A stretch of DNA of 63,002 nucleotides, filler included, from Octopus bimaculoides (Eukaryota), in assembly GCF_001194135.2 (NCBI RefSeq). It is 3 parts of 3 records of this genome, joined end to end, with 100 filler letters (N's around TTAATTAATTAA, not from the genome) between each part and the next. Parts side by side here need not be neighbours in the genome. Positions count along the whole stretch, not along the records: positions 1 to 31,670 come from NC_068987.1; 2 more parts are not named here. The stretch is one strand, 5' to 3'. How positions within the stretch are numbered: the first letter of the stretch is position 1; the number at the start of each line of letters is the position of its first letter. The position numbers and the translations under genes were made by a program. A model generated the notes under the pieces. The model was not told the origin of the DNA. It searched no databases and was given only the letters and a program-made list of their open reading frames with translations. Below are positions 12,250 through 26,170 of this stretch, piece after piece.

Positions 12250-13309
12250 CAAACACACACACGTATGTATGTATGTATGTATGTATATGTTTGATATTAT
12301 TTTCTTTATCTGTTTAGAAGTTGAGTTGGCAAGAGCATTTAGAAGCAGAGCCAAATTAACGAACCAAATCAACAGATGTGACTGTAACAGTAGATTATGT
12401 ACAGCAGCACGGATCCAACATTGAGAAATTCTACCATCAACCATCAAAAACACCTTCGTTATTCTATTTCAACCAGTTTTTACATCTTTCTTTCATCTTC
12501 AATGATGTCAGCGTTGCTGTTGTTTAACCCAGGTCAGTTCTGATCAAACAGACCTAGGATCGAGATATTTCAGCCAAACCTTACATTATTCAATATATCC
12601 TTCTTAATTTTAACTGGCAGACTTGATAGGTACAGGCATGGCTACGTGGTTGAAAGATTTGCTTCCCAACCAGATGGTTTTGGGGTTCAGTCCCAATGTG
12701 TGACATGTTGGGGCAAAAGTATTTGTTCTGATTCTTTATGTCCTGAGTTCAAATTTCACTGAAGCCAACTTTGCTTTCCATTCCTCTAGGGTCAGTAAAT
12801 TAAAGAACCACTCAAGTACTGGAGTTGATGTAACTGACTAACCTCTCCCCAAAATTGCTGTGCCTTTAATCAGAAAACATTATTATTATTATCATTATTA
12901 CTATTATTAGATGGCAAGCTGGTTGAATCTTTACAGTGCTAGACAAACTGCTTTGTGGGTTTTTTTTTACCATTTCTTTACATTCTGAGTTCAAATCCTG
13001 CTAAGGCTGACTTCACTTTTTGTCCTTTCAGGGTCAATAAAATAAGAACCAGTTCTGCACTAGGTTCAATGTAATCAACTTATCCCTTCCCTCAAAACTG
13101 CTGGCCTTGTAGCAAACTTACAAAGAATCGTCGTCGTCGTTATCATCAAAAAGTCAAAATTAAAAGAAGAGTGCCATTGTTATCTAATGAACGATATTTC
13201 GCCATCTTGTGTGTCTTCAACTGATTCAAAAAATAAATTTGTCAGTCTACTTCATTTTGGTTAATATATAAAGGATTGAGGTAACTCCTCCTGAAGATAT
13301 AGAGTCAAA

Positions 13310-13382
<73 letters not shown>

Positions 13383-13383
13383 G
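13310..13383. repeat. (ATT)n microsatellite
   Basis: Directly visible. Confidence 0.95.
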
Positions 13384-14118
13384 AGTGACAACCATACAGA
13401 ATCATTAGTATGCCAGACAAAATGCTTAGTGGTATTTTGTCCACCTTTACATTCTGAGTTCAAATTTTACCAAGGAATCCTCTGAAATAAAAAAACACAA
13501 ATGCTATGGCACTATCTGCTGTATCTTTGAAAATGAAACCTTGGCCAAAACACAGGCTGAATTGTCAGACATACCTCTACCTTTATATTTGTGCCCAAGT
13601 GAATGAGTCAAAGAAATATAAGAATGACAATAAAAGACACTGGACATGATATAAACCCATGGCTAATAGTGGCTTTTGTGTTTCAATATGGAGAAGTGGG
13701 GAAGTAGAGTTAACAAAAAGTGGCATATAGTAAGGATTGGGTGGTTCCAAAAAGTATTTGCAAATCCTAACAACCTTTGAAGACCACACATTCATACCAA
13801 AAATGTGCCCAGTACAAGGCACCAAAATAAAAGGCATGAGATGGAACTGAATCTGAAACCATTTGGTTGAGAAACAAACTTTTTAACCACACAGTCGTGC
13901 CTGCACTTTATCGGACATGATTTAATACAAAAGTTGTTGTTATCTTGTGTAGCATTTAACAAAAAAAGGAACCCAAGCCATGCTTATACACTTAGCCATA
14001 CTCAATGATTGCTAAATTTGCCTCTCCATTTTGGCACGAAACCATTAAATAACAGCTTTAACCAACTGTCACAAGTCTATTATAATAATGATGACGATGA
14101 TGATGATGATGATGATGA

Positions 14119-16995
14119 TGCAAATAAAGCAGAAGTAATAGGAAGAGCTATAGCACAAGACTACAATGCTGGCCAACAAGATATAGTGAGGATTCTGAAC
14201 CGATATATTAGAGAAGACCAGGATCAAGCACACACCCCACCCTAATTTGAGGTACATTGATCAATGCAAGCTCAAAGCTGAAACCAAAAAAATAGATTTG
14301 GTCCTTGGGCTATTCCAGATGAGAAATATAACTGAAACTAACAAGATTATTTGGGCTGCAGCTATGGTTGCTGCAGATAGAGTTGAATACAAAAGAAGAG
14401 AACAAACAGAATGTAAAGAACCATTTTGGCGTTGATGAATTTATGAGAAACAAAGTTAAAAAGACATTTAGGACAAGTTGATAGATGGAGAAGAAAGGAA
14501 TTACAGAACGAAAGCATAAGAATAATGCTGGAAAGAACATATAGGATAAGAGATAAGGGGTATGATCTGATACTGGAAGAATTGAAACAAAGAGTAGCAG
14601 CAATCAAAGCAAAACTGGAAAGATATGACAATAGAACAAAACAATTCAGGCAAAGCAGATGGTTTGAAGCAAATCAAAAGAAACTGTTTCAGGAACTAGA
14701 TGGGCAAATACACGTAACAATGATACCAGATGCAGAGCAAAGCAGGACATTCTGGAGAGTGATCTGGGACCAACCTGTAGAGCATGACGATGAAATGGAG
14801 TTGCTGCATGAAATCCAAGATAGGTTAAGAAATATAGAAAGCCAAGAAGACATAATGATAACTACAGAAATGATAAAAAAAAAAGCAGTTTAAAAAATTC
14901 TCAAATTGGAAGCACCCAGGACTGGATGAGGTCCAAGGATGAAGAAGCTGAGAGGGCTACATGAAAGGATGATACAACAGCTAGATGAGTGCTTGCAGAA
15001 AGGTGCAGTACCCAGCTGGATGAGAAAGGGAAAGACATTGTTGTGTGCCAAGGATCCTGAAAAGGGAAATGCTGCATCCAACTTTAGACTAATAACGTGC
15101 CTTCCACTAATGTGGAAACTAATGTCAGGTGTGTTGGCCAGTGAACTATATAGATACCTAGAAAACAATGGGCTGCTACCTATTGAACAGAAAGGGCGCT
15201 GAAAGAGGAGATGGGGAATGAAGGATCAACTTTTAATTGATAATCTAATTATCAGGAACTGACAGAGAAGACACACAAACCGGAGCATGGCATGGGTTGA
15301 CTTTTGTAAAGCATACGATATGATACCACACTCCTTGATAATAAAAACAATGGAAATGTATGGAGTAGCAGAAAATATGAGAAGCCTTATATGGAATAGC
15401 ATGAAATGCTGGAGAATGGAATTGACACCAGGAAATCAAGTATTAGGCCAGATGAAAATCAAGAGAGGTATCTTCCAGGGGACAGTGAGTTCTCAATGAT
15501 CTTCATGGTGGCAATGATCCCCTTGAGTGAAATAGTACAGAAAACAAAGTTAGGGTATGGTCTGGGAAGAGGAAAGGGAAAACTGAACCACTTGCTATTC
15601 ATCGACAACCTGAAGCTATTCACAAAAACTGAGGCAGAACTGGACACCCTAGTCCATTCTGTGCAGATTTTCTCCAATGATATTAAGATGGAATTTGGAT
15701 TCTCAAAATGTACTACAATAGTGATGAGACGGGGAAAGCTTTTCAGAACAGAAGATATATGGTTGCCTAGTGGTGAAACGATGAAGGCAATTCAACTTCA
15801 ATCCAGCTATAAATACCTGCAGCAAGTGAGAATAAATGCCAGGAACATAATTTCAGCAATAAACTTGCACACAGTTGCAGTAGTTTGGTATGGCACTGGA
15901 ATCCTGAAGCGAACAGATGGACAGAAAGTCTAGAAAGCTTCTAACAATGCATGGAGCCTATCATCCACATGCGGACACTGATTGCCTATACATGAAAAGA
16001 GCAAATGGAGGAAGAGGGCTGATTAGTGTGTAAGACAGCATACATATCGAACTCGAGAGCTTAATGAGATACCGAGCCCAAATAAGGAAACCTTGCTAGT
16101 GACAGTTAGGAATGAGGGAGTATTGAAAGCAGAGAAAAAAAAAAGAAAAAACAAAGGAAGAAGTGCAAAAAGGACATGAAGAAGAATTATGCCAGAAGGA
16201 ACTACACAATCAATTCCATGCAGCAGTAACAGAAGTTGCTGAAAAAAACAGGTGGGATTGGAACACTAAAAAAAGAGACCAAGAGCATTATACTGATAGT
16301 GCAAGACTAAGCTTTGGCCAAGAACTGGAGGGTCAACTTTAGGAATGAGCAAATGTCTTCGCTGTGCTGCATCTGCAATAGAGTGGATGAAACCATTGCC
16401 TATATCATGAACGAATGTCCTAGACTTGCCCAGAACCAATACAAGAAAAAGTGAGGGCTAGAGAGAGGCAAGACATGGTATGAGCACAAGCCACAGACAG
16501 TAGCAGAGTTGGAAACTTGCAAAATCCTCTAGGATTTCCCAATCCAAACAGATCAGGTGTTGGAGCATAACAGACTGGACCTAGTGGTGGTGGACAAGGT
16601 GCATTACATATGCTATACAGTTGATGTTGCATGTCCCTTTGACTCATCAATAGTTAAGAAGGAAGACAAAAAGATAGATAAATACAACCCTCTTAAGTAT
16701 GAATTAGCTTGACTATGGAAAATGAAGAAGGTGAAGATAGTGCCAATTATTGTTGGGTCCTTTGGATCAGTATCAGAAGGCATCAAGGGGAATATAAAGG
16801 AAATTGGAATAGAGTGCCCAGTAGAACTGTTACAAAAGTTTTGCCTCCTTGGCATAGCCAGAATAATCAGTAAAGTATTAGATGGCTGAAAAGAATGGAT
16901 AGCATGGTACCATAGGCTGCAGGTAGCAAGCTTGCTATGCATGTAAGACTCCAGGAGCTCTGACAAAACCTATAATAAAGAGATATAATAATAAT
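14119..16995 (+). mobile_element. R4/Dong-clade non-LTR retrotransposon (RT + CCHC knuckle + restriction-like endonuclease), 5'-truncated and degraded, copy 1
   Basis: Fragments in order: ELKQRVAAIKAKLERY; WKAPG; KGKTLLCAKDPEKGNAASNFRLITCLPLMWK; MAWVDFCKAYDMIPHS; RGIFQG; HLLFIDNLKLF; C..C....ETIAYIMNECP; DFPIQTDQVLEHNRLDLVVVDK...DVACPFD...K..KY..L...IVPIIVG. Preceded by (GAT)n and ends in a (TAA)n tail. Confidence 0.9.
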
Positions 16996-17681
16996 AATCC
17001 TTTCTACTATAGGCATAAGGCCTGAAATTCTGGGTGAGGGGGCTAGTTGATTTTATCTCCCCAGTACTTATTTTATTGACCCCAAAAGGATGAAAGGTAA
17101 AATCAAGCTCAGCAGAATTTGAACTTGGAACATAAAGCCAGAAGAAATGTCACTAAGCATTTTGTTCAGCATCCTAATGATTCTGCCAGCTCACTACCTA
17201 TATAATAATTACAGTGATAATATACAAAGATTTTTGTCTGTTGTGAACTGTTACTTAGCAGGAGGAATTACTGAAGTTGAAAGATAAGCAAGCAATGTAA
17301 TTAAGAAAGCTGTAGGAAAGTGTTTGTGTTATATATACGTGTGTTCGTGTGTGCATATGTGAATGTATACTTTTTTTTATATATCTGTGTGTGTATATCT
17401 GTATCATCACTCATCTTCATTCTATCATCAACATTTTCATACTTGTCTGAGTCAGATGGAATTCCTTAAGGCAGATTTTCTATGGTTGGACACACTTCCT
17501 GCTGCCAAACCTCACTTGTTTCTAAGCAAAGTAATATTTCCCCATATTGAACATATTTTCATAGAAGATTGGAAACAGAGAATACCTCTTCAATGATAAT
17601 GGCAGTCGTGAATAACTAATAGGTAATGTCAAGACAAGTAGACGCTAACAGACACACCAATGCATATACACCAAAGCACAT

Positions 17682-17744
<63 letters not shown>

Positions 17745-18279
17745 ATAGGATTCTTTCAGTTTCTGTTTGCCAAATCCACCCTCAAAGCTTTGTTTGGCCC
17801 ACAGCTAGAGTAGAAGATATTTGCCAAAGGTGTTGTGCAGTGGGTCTGAATGCAAAATCATGTGGCTAAGAAGTGAACTCTTTAACCACATAGCCATGCT
17901 TATGTTTAAACCATGCCTGCACCTATCCATGTCTGTACTTAGTCATGCTGTGTGTGTGTGTATGTGTGTGTGTGCGTGTGTCTGTGTGCGCACGCACCTG
18001 TGTACACACACACAATGTACTGTTCCATGATTGTAAGATCAACGTAAAAAGTACACCATCGATATATATATGTTGTCATTGGCTTTATCTCATATCTGAG
18101 AATTTAGTTTCTTCTTTGCTGAACACTTCCTTTATGGTGATAGCATTGATGATTAAGAAGACCAATTCCTACATAGAAGAGTCAATGGCATTGACTGCAT
18201 GGTAATGTTGGTGGAGGACGAGATTGATTTTGTGAAGCCTTTCTCTTCTGTTGTATGATTTCTTCCTTTTCTCCTCTGG

Positions 18280-18515
18280 TGGCTTCCTTGAGCATCAAAC
18301 AGGAACACTACGTGACCAACAACAAAGTTGAGGAAAGAGCCAACAGTCAAAGCATTAAATTGTAGATCATGAAACTCCATCTTTGGTGGTCAGGACATGT
18401 AGCAAGAATGAAAAAGTCAAGGTTCCCACTACAAGGAAAAGACCATGGTATTGTCCTCTTCAAAGATACAAAGATCAACTCAAAACAACACTAAAAGTCA
18501 CTGGACTTGATATAA
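18280..18515 (+). mobile_element. RTE-clade LINE 3' fragment
   Basis: HVTNNKVEERANSQSI..IMKLHLWWSGHVARMKKSRFP...RYKDQLKTTLK, matching the RTE pattern (LRW.GHV.RM...R.P...R.KD.LK). Confidence 0.7.
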
Positions 18516-18528
18516 GTATCTATACATA

Positions 18529-19550
18529 CAGGGGTTGGACAAAAGAATGGAAACACCTAGCATCATAATTTTGAAATATCTATAAAACCATCAAAAGCTT
18601 GTTTGTTTTTATGTGTTTTGATTTATTATTAGTGTTGCTTAATATGTTTTGCCAAAATTGCTGTTTCTTTTCATATATCATCAGAAAAAGCGTAACAAAA
18701 GCAGCCAAAATATTTGGTGTATCAAGAAGTACTGTCTCCAAGGTAATGACAACCTTTGAGAAAGAGGGGAAAAAACCTCCTCGTCAAAACAAAACTCTGG
18801 AAACCAAAACTTTCAGATAGGGCCCGTTGGACCCTTATGCAAATTGTTAGAAAGGATCACAAAAGTACAGCTCCCAAAATTACTGCAGAGCTTAATGACC
18901 ACCTCAAGAACCCAGTTTCCACAAAAACTTTAGGTCAGGAGCTGCACAAAGGCAGATTTCATGGGAGGGCTGCAATCAGAAAACCACAACTTTCAAAAAC
19001 AAATATTGCAAAACGTTTAGAGTGGAGTAAAAACCTACAGAATTGATTCCTAGAGCAGTGGAAGAATGTTATTTTCTTGGATGAGTCATCCTTTACCTTA
19101 TTTCCAACCACCGGCCGAGTATACGAGTGAAGACAGAGCCAAAAGAAGCATTTGACCCAGACTGCCTTCTTCCAACTGTTAAACATGGAGGAGGATCTGT
19201 GATGATCTGGGTGGGGGGCTATATCTTGGAAATCCGCCAGCCCAATGGTTTCTCTTCATGGCAGAATTAATAGTCAAGACTATTTAAAGCATTTTCTCTG
19301 ATCAAATTCATCCTACAGTTGCAGAACTGTTTCCGGGGGGAAATGCAATCTTTCAGGATGATAATGCACCAATTCACACAGCTAAAGTTGTTACTGAATG
19401 GCACGAGGAACATTCTAGTGAAGTTGAACATCTTATCTGGCCACCACAGTCTCCAGATCTCAATATTACTGAACATTTATGGTGCAATTTAGAAAAACAA
19501 GTAATGAGTTGATATCCTTCCTCCACCATCATCACTACAAGAACTGGAGA
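18529..19550 (+). mobile_element. Tc1-superfamily transposon with DD36E spacing (Incomer-like), degraded, right TIR not seen
   Basis: TA|CAGGGGTTGGACAAAAGAATGGAAACACC left end; HTH AAKIFGVSRSTVSKV; IFLDESSF; VKHGGGSVMIW; FQDDNAPIHTAKVVTEWHEEHSSEVEHLIWPPQSPDLNITEHLW, with 36 residues between the catalytic D and E. Confidence 0.9.
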
Positions 19551-19797
19551 CTGTATTTCATGTTATTTGCACTGTTGGTGACATTCTGTACTCATATATA
19601 CATGTATATATATATAATATTTTTATAAACAAACCTGAAAGTGTCGATTTGTGAGTTCGATTCTGCCTGAGGTTAGCTCATCATTTTTCAGTCATTTGTT
19701 TATATTTAAAAATTGTCGCTTCAAATCGGAGATTAGATATCATTATGATATATATTATATACAGTTATTATATATATATATATAAATATATAATATC

Positions 19798-20168
19798 AGT
19801 TAGTTGTCCATAAGTCAGAGAAGAAGCACACTCAATATAATAGACCTGGTATATTATAAAATATTAACAAATAATATATTACTTGTTACGGTGTATAGCT
19901 AGTCAGGATCTTACAGTCAATTTCATGACAACTATTGCACCTAGGCAATATCAATGACTCTTTAAACATGGCTGGAAATGCATAACCATTTTTATGCATA
20001 AAAGAAGCTATATACTTCTAGCTGCTAAATCTGAAGAGTTGTCAAATTGCCTAGAGACAATAGTTGTCATGAAATTGATGGTAACATTCCGACCAGCTAT
20101 ATATCGTAATAAGTAATTTATTACTTATATTGAGTGTGTTTTTTCTCTGATTTATGGACAATTAACTA
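19798..20168. repeat. Long foldback (MITE-like)
   Basis: TAGTTGTCCATAAGTCAGAGAAGAAGCACACTCAATATAA (19801) pairs with TTATATTGAGTGTGTTTTTTCTCTGATTTATGGACAATTA (20125-20164). CAATTTCATGACAACTATTG..CTAGGCAAT (19918-19949) pairs with ATTGCCTAG..CAATAGTTGTCATGAAATTG (20046-20076). Confidence 0.9.
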
Positions 20169-23100
20169 ATAATTATAATGGTTTCATGTTCCTTGGGTTG
20201 GTGTTATCATGTCAAGTATGGAAGGCAGAATATTCCACCTGCCTTCTTTAGATGCTTAGTTCACTTGTTCCTTTGTATTATAACTTTTAGGATTACAATG
20301 TCTTATTTCAGTGTAAGTTCTTTGTTATGCAGGTACTGTTTTCTAACTATAAGTTAACACTAATTGCTTACTTTGATGTTGTTACTTGTAGTAACAAGCA
20401 GATGTTGGTGTAGTGGACATACTATGCTAATGCTTTGCTCCTACTGATTACAATTGCTTCCCAAGCAGTGTTTATGTTTTTAACACTGTTAACACCACCA
20501 AACTGAATGGTACTGCCCAGGTGTCAAAACCATAGTGATATCTATTTGGCAGCTGATGATGGGAATACACATATGTTATGCTTGTTTATGAATTTTTATA
20601 TCTTAGTCTCATTATTCTGGGTTACCCTTCATTCTTAGTAAAGTAGATTCATGGTTTGTGGTGATTACTTACATTGATTTTGGTTGTTTTCCTTCATAGA
20701 TAATCTTGTTAAACTTAGATAATGCTTAGATATTGGTGTCTAGTTCTGGGGAGGTTCTTTGGCACACACACACACACACACACACACAGAATTACTGCCT
20801 TCCTCATCACTTCCATCCTTCATTCTCATCCCTTCCCACATTCCCCTAGTTATTATTTCCTTCTTTCTTCTGTGATACATCATCCTAATATCTCTCATAT
20901 CTGCTATCATGCCCAGTGCCCTTTTGTGTCAGTCATTATGCCCACTCACTGTAGCTACCCTTATGTTGCTCTACATTTCCCTCCCCACTGCTCCTACACC
21001 TTACTTATCATTCCCTACTTCCTGATCTGTCATCTCTGAGCAACTTCTACCTCTCTAGCCTTACCACACTATCCATACTATTTCCCATCAAGCCACACTT
21101 ACCATACCTGTTCATCACTCACTACATTCACCTCTACCCCCCCCCAATCATTAACCATCTTCTACTCCCTTTCATACTATTATAACTGCCCCTCTCCCTC
21201 CCCCAAATAGCCACTGTCTGTATCATCTCTTGCTCCTTGAGGGTTTGCTCTGGCACCACATCACTACCAACTCATCCTCTTCCTAGCTACTCCCACCCTT
21301 ATATAATAAACATCAATAAATCAATGATAATATATATATAACAAAAAACCTAGCATGTATAAAATTACAACAATTAAAAATCAAACCAAAGTCAAATTAA
21401 AATATATAATAAAGAGAAAACACAAAATCTATTTTCAAGGTACGAACCCAATAGCTTAATTAGCTTACTTTATTTAAAACAAGTTTTAACATAACTTATG
21501 TATCTCTTCTTGACAGCAAGACACCCCTGCTTGTCCCTGGCATAAAGCCACCTCTCCTTGCTCTCAAATATTCCCCCCACCTCACTTAGTTGTGGGAAGC
21601 TTTTTCCCTTTTCTTATTCTTTCCTGTCTTACAAGTTACTTGGCAACCCCACTAGTACCAGTGACATGAGAAAGCATTCAATGCGCACTATAAAGTAGTT
21701 GGCATTAGGAAGAGCATTGAGTTGTAGAAACCATGGCAAAGCTGATATGGAGCACAATGCAGCTCTGCAGCTCACTGAAACTATCTAAACTATACCAGCA
21801 TAGCTGCTTCCTTCACAAGAGAAGTAGAAACAAGTGTGGTAATATTGGCCTTGGCAGATGTGATGTTGGTGTTGGTGTTGGTGTAGGTAGTGTTAATGAC
21901 AGCAATGTTAGAACATAGTGATTGTGATGATGATATTAGCAATGATTCTGATGGTAGCACTGGTGGTGAGGACATTGATAAAAATAATAGTGCTGTTGTC
22001 AAACTATCCAACCCATGCCAGCATGGCAAACAGACATTAAATGATGATGGTGATCACACACACACATACACACACACAATGTAGAATATGGTATTGTGTG
22101 AAAATGAAACAACATGAGGAGAAAGGTATTGTGCAGACATTAGCTGTGCTATGCTCTTCCAGATAGGAAATAGCAATGAGGTTATACAAAATGAATCATT
22201 TAAAATTACCCTTCACCCTTCTGGAAAAAGCAGGTCTATATAAAGTGACCACAGTTATTTGTAAATATAAACTAAAAATAAATCAGAAAAAAACAGAACA
22301 TGAAATAAATTCCACTTTATAAATACATAGAAACAATGTTTGCATGAATTATCACAAGAGGATATGCTTTGAATCTAGTTCACAAAATATTTATTCAATG
22401 AGTGATGATGTAATGAATATCATGAAGAGAGTGTAAAAAAACAAAAACAAATAAACAAATGAGATTTGAATGAACAGATTATTGTTTTAGTGCAGTGGTT
22501 AGTCATATATTTTTTGTTGGTTGTTCACAATGTTAGGTAGATTGTGTGTGAAATCAACAACCACACTGAAGTTTGAGTTTTCAATTATTTAATTGGATCA
22601 TTATATTTACAAAGGCACATCGAATAAATTCATGGAAGAATATTCAATGAACACAATGGCTGGGAATTTTCTGTAATATAATTTTCAAGATAATATTATG
22701 AAACTAGTTGCAAGGAATATAAACCACAGAATATAATTGATGTGTTAATGTGTTACTAGACATTACAAGTTAAGGTTGGTGCCTTTTGTTGAGTACAACA
22801 TAAGCATGTTATATAAGAAAAGTGAAAGCTGGGAGAAGAAGGACCAACTCACTCCAACGAGAGACATAAATTCCCCTAGATCACTTCACAGCTCTCTGGT
22901 CTGAGGTTGAATTTGCCATCATTTTTATAGCTCTAAGCCACTTTTCTTAGAATTACCAGCAAAGCTGTTTGGCAGGAAAACTTGAATACTTCCTTTGAAG
23001 TTTGCCATAACTATTATAAATCAGCAATTACTCATTGGTCAAGCCATATTCATGTAAATATTAATACCTTTTACAACAATACATTTCCTTTTATGGAGAT

Positions 23101-24224
23101 ACATTAGGTCATGGTTCTGGCCTGGGGAAATCTAAGAACTACGGTTCAAAATTTGGTGATGGTTTTGCAACAATTTCAATAAAATGGACCTATATGACTG
23201 GAAAAATCTTAAATTAAATGGTTGATGTTGAAACATCAGATTACAGAAAATAAGTTCATTCTTTGAACTTCATTTTGTTCAGGAGTTTACTTTATCTTTT
23301 CTCTTCCCCTCTAAAAAAAAAAAAAGGTGACATTTGCTTCAGAAATGACTTTGAAAATAGTTATTTGATCAAACCTGAGGAGTTTAGTAATATTTGATCA
23401 CAAAGTGTGGAAGAAGGGTATTTAATCCAATAATGAACTGCTTCTGTTACTTAACTGCCTTAATCACAGCAACAACAATAATATCTATTGGTTGTATTGA
23501 GACTTGAGCTAAGTTCTTGTGGATAGCGACACAACACTTTCACATCACAATCACTGAGCACCATACCACTGAAGATTCATAATAAAAACAAATACAGTAG
23601 AGCCGTTAGATTGTTGGGCAAAATATCTAGCACTACTTAGTCACAGTCTTTAATGTTCTGAGTTCAAATCCTGCTAAAGTTAACTTCGTCTTTATCCTGA
23701 TTTATATTCTTATAATTGTTCCTAGTACTTGATTGGTACATTATTTTATTGACCCTGAAAGGATGAAAGGTGACCTCAGTATCATTTTATCTGAAGCTCT
23801 AACAATTCTGCCAGCTCACTGCTTTCTTCATTTATATTTCTATAATGCATTGTAGATATAAAAGAAATTATTAGAAATAGTTAACACTAATATGAATGAA
23901 TATAAATAATATATATAATATGTCTATTAACAGCAATAAGAACTTATAAACTTTATAAATTATAAGCTTATAACTTATGAAGTAAAATTCCAGGCTCGAT
24001 AGTATCAAATGGAAGATGTGAGTTGAACTATCTCATGGATAATGTATCAGTCAATTGAAAGCGACATTCTCAGATCTGCTACCTAGTCTCCAAGTAAAAA
24101 TATGGTATATAGAACTTAGTGTTCTATTCATTAATGCAAAGGATTACTTGTAATGGATTCAAATGCATGATTCAGGAGCTGGCTATCCAAAAACATATCT
24201 TTTCCTCTCATTTAATTCTTTTAA

Positions 24225-24450
24225 ATCCAACCTGCCTGAAACTGCCCTGGGTTTTCTGATATAAACTACAATGTTTTAAAGGGATCTCAATTAAAACTTT
24301 CCATCAAAATTCCATATTAAATTATGTTCCAAACACAAGCTTAATAATTTCAAAATTATTTTACTAAATTCTTCAATACTGTCAAAATTTATTGAAAGAA
24401 AAGGCAGTATATTTCAACAGAAATATTGTAAGAAAAGGATCAAAGCTAAA
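24225..24450. mobile_element. MITE family M2, reverse-orientation copy
   Basis: Reverse complement of 25947-26165; related pieces at 9375-9500 and 10560-10720. Confidence 0.65.
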
Positions 24451-25794
24451 TTAAACATCCATTCCTTCTGACTACATATGACAGTTAAGTTTTGCAATAT
24501 TACAGGAGATGAAAACAGGAACATAAGTCATTCATGTTATTCCCCAAAAATAATAATAGCATAAGAGAAGTGAAGTAAATTGGTTTTAACCAAGGAAACA
24601 AAACTACTTCATGGATTTTGCTTAAAAGGAGTTTACATCCTATACAAGAGTACAGGGCACTGGCAATAACAACAGCATTATCAAGAACAAGAGATCCTCA
24701 TTGTAGTTACACGAACTCCTAGAAATAGCAGCAAAATCCTCCTTGAATCACTCCCTGCTGTCTTTAAAGAAAAAAAGAAAGACACATTGGATAATGTAAT
24801 TGGATTACACCAAGCCTGAAAAAAAAAATGGAAAAAGGAAGGATAATCATGGATGAGATGTGTTAGATTATAGGACTGCTCAATCAGAGACCACATTACC
24901 ACATTCATCATCATCAACATTTAACATCTGTTTTCCATGCTGGCATGAGTTGGATGGCTTGATAGGAACTGGTAAGGCCAGGGGTCACACCAGGTTCCAT
25001 AGTCTGTTTTGGCATGGTGTCTATAGCTGGATGCCCTTCCTAATGCCAACCACTTTACAGAGTGTACTGGGTGCTTTTTATGTGACACCATCACCAGTGC
25101 TTTTTACATGGCACCAGCACACATACCAATGTTTTTTATGTGACACTTTGGTTTTAGGATATCAATTCTGCTGTGGTGGTCAGGTCTTCTGGAGTAATAA
25201 ATAACATTATAAAAAAAATAAATAAATAAAAAGCTAGTCCTTTCCAAATTAGAAGGACCCAGTGGTTAAATGGCCTGATAGAACACGTCTTTTGCAACAA
25301 CAACAACAACTAAAAGCAACAATATATCTACATGATCCAGTGTGTCCTTTACTAGTATATGACTTGGAGTAGGAGGCTTGACTACTATTTCTGGCAGATA
25401 GAGTCATTGTGTAGTGCAGGTATGGGCAACCTTTTTCAAGAAACAGATTGTATTGAGTCATGGCTCATGATCAGGTGGTCTGCACTGCTAAAAAAATTGA
25501 AAGTAATTTTTCATTAGGTGTGCCATTCAGGAAGTCTCATAGGCTACAGTTTGCCCCTGATTTGTGTAGTGGCTCCACCATTAACTGTGAAAGAACCAAC
25601 AGGTAACTCTGTATGGTTGTCATAACCAGGGAACACAGGTCCCTATCTTTAGGATAACTACCGCAATAAACATAGAATAAACAAGAACAGAACCATAAGT
25701 AAATGACAAGGGATCTACTTTAGACAATAAGGGAGCACCTTGATGTTGCAAACTTTGCTAGAAATAGAACCCATGTTTCTTTTAAATCTCACCT

Positions 25795-26170
25795 TTCATA
25801 ATCATATTTCTGTTGAAAAACAGCATCTTTGAATTAATTTTGAAAATAATGAAGAATTTAGTAAAATAACTTTGTCTTTATTGTGCAGGTGTTTGGAACA
25901 AAAATTAACATGAAATTTTGATGGAAAGGTTTAATTCAGATCACTTTAACCCTTTTGCTATCATATTTCTGTTGAAATACATTGTCATTGTTTCAATTAA
26001 TTTTGAAAATAATGAAGAATTTAGTAAAATAAACTTATCTTTATTAAGCTGGTGTTTGGAACATAATTTAACATGAATTTTGATGAAGTTTTGAGACAAC
26101 CTAAAAACAGTAAGTTTATATCACAGAACTAAGTGTTGAGTCAGGTATGTTGGTATCAAAAACACTAAAT
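25795..26170. mobile_element. MITE family M2, two tandem copies (second starts TTAACCCTTTTGCTATCATATTTCTGTTGAAA; piggyBac-like end)
   Basis: 25800-25946 and 25958-26100 are direct repeats (ATCATATTTCTGTTGAAA...TTAATTTTGAAAATAATGAAGAATTTAGTAAAATAA). Confidence 0.7.

Noticed and set aside
13150-13230. AAGATGGCG start-like context on the minus strand
   Set aside because: Only 19 codons to a stop, no donor, and it sits between SINE copies.
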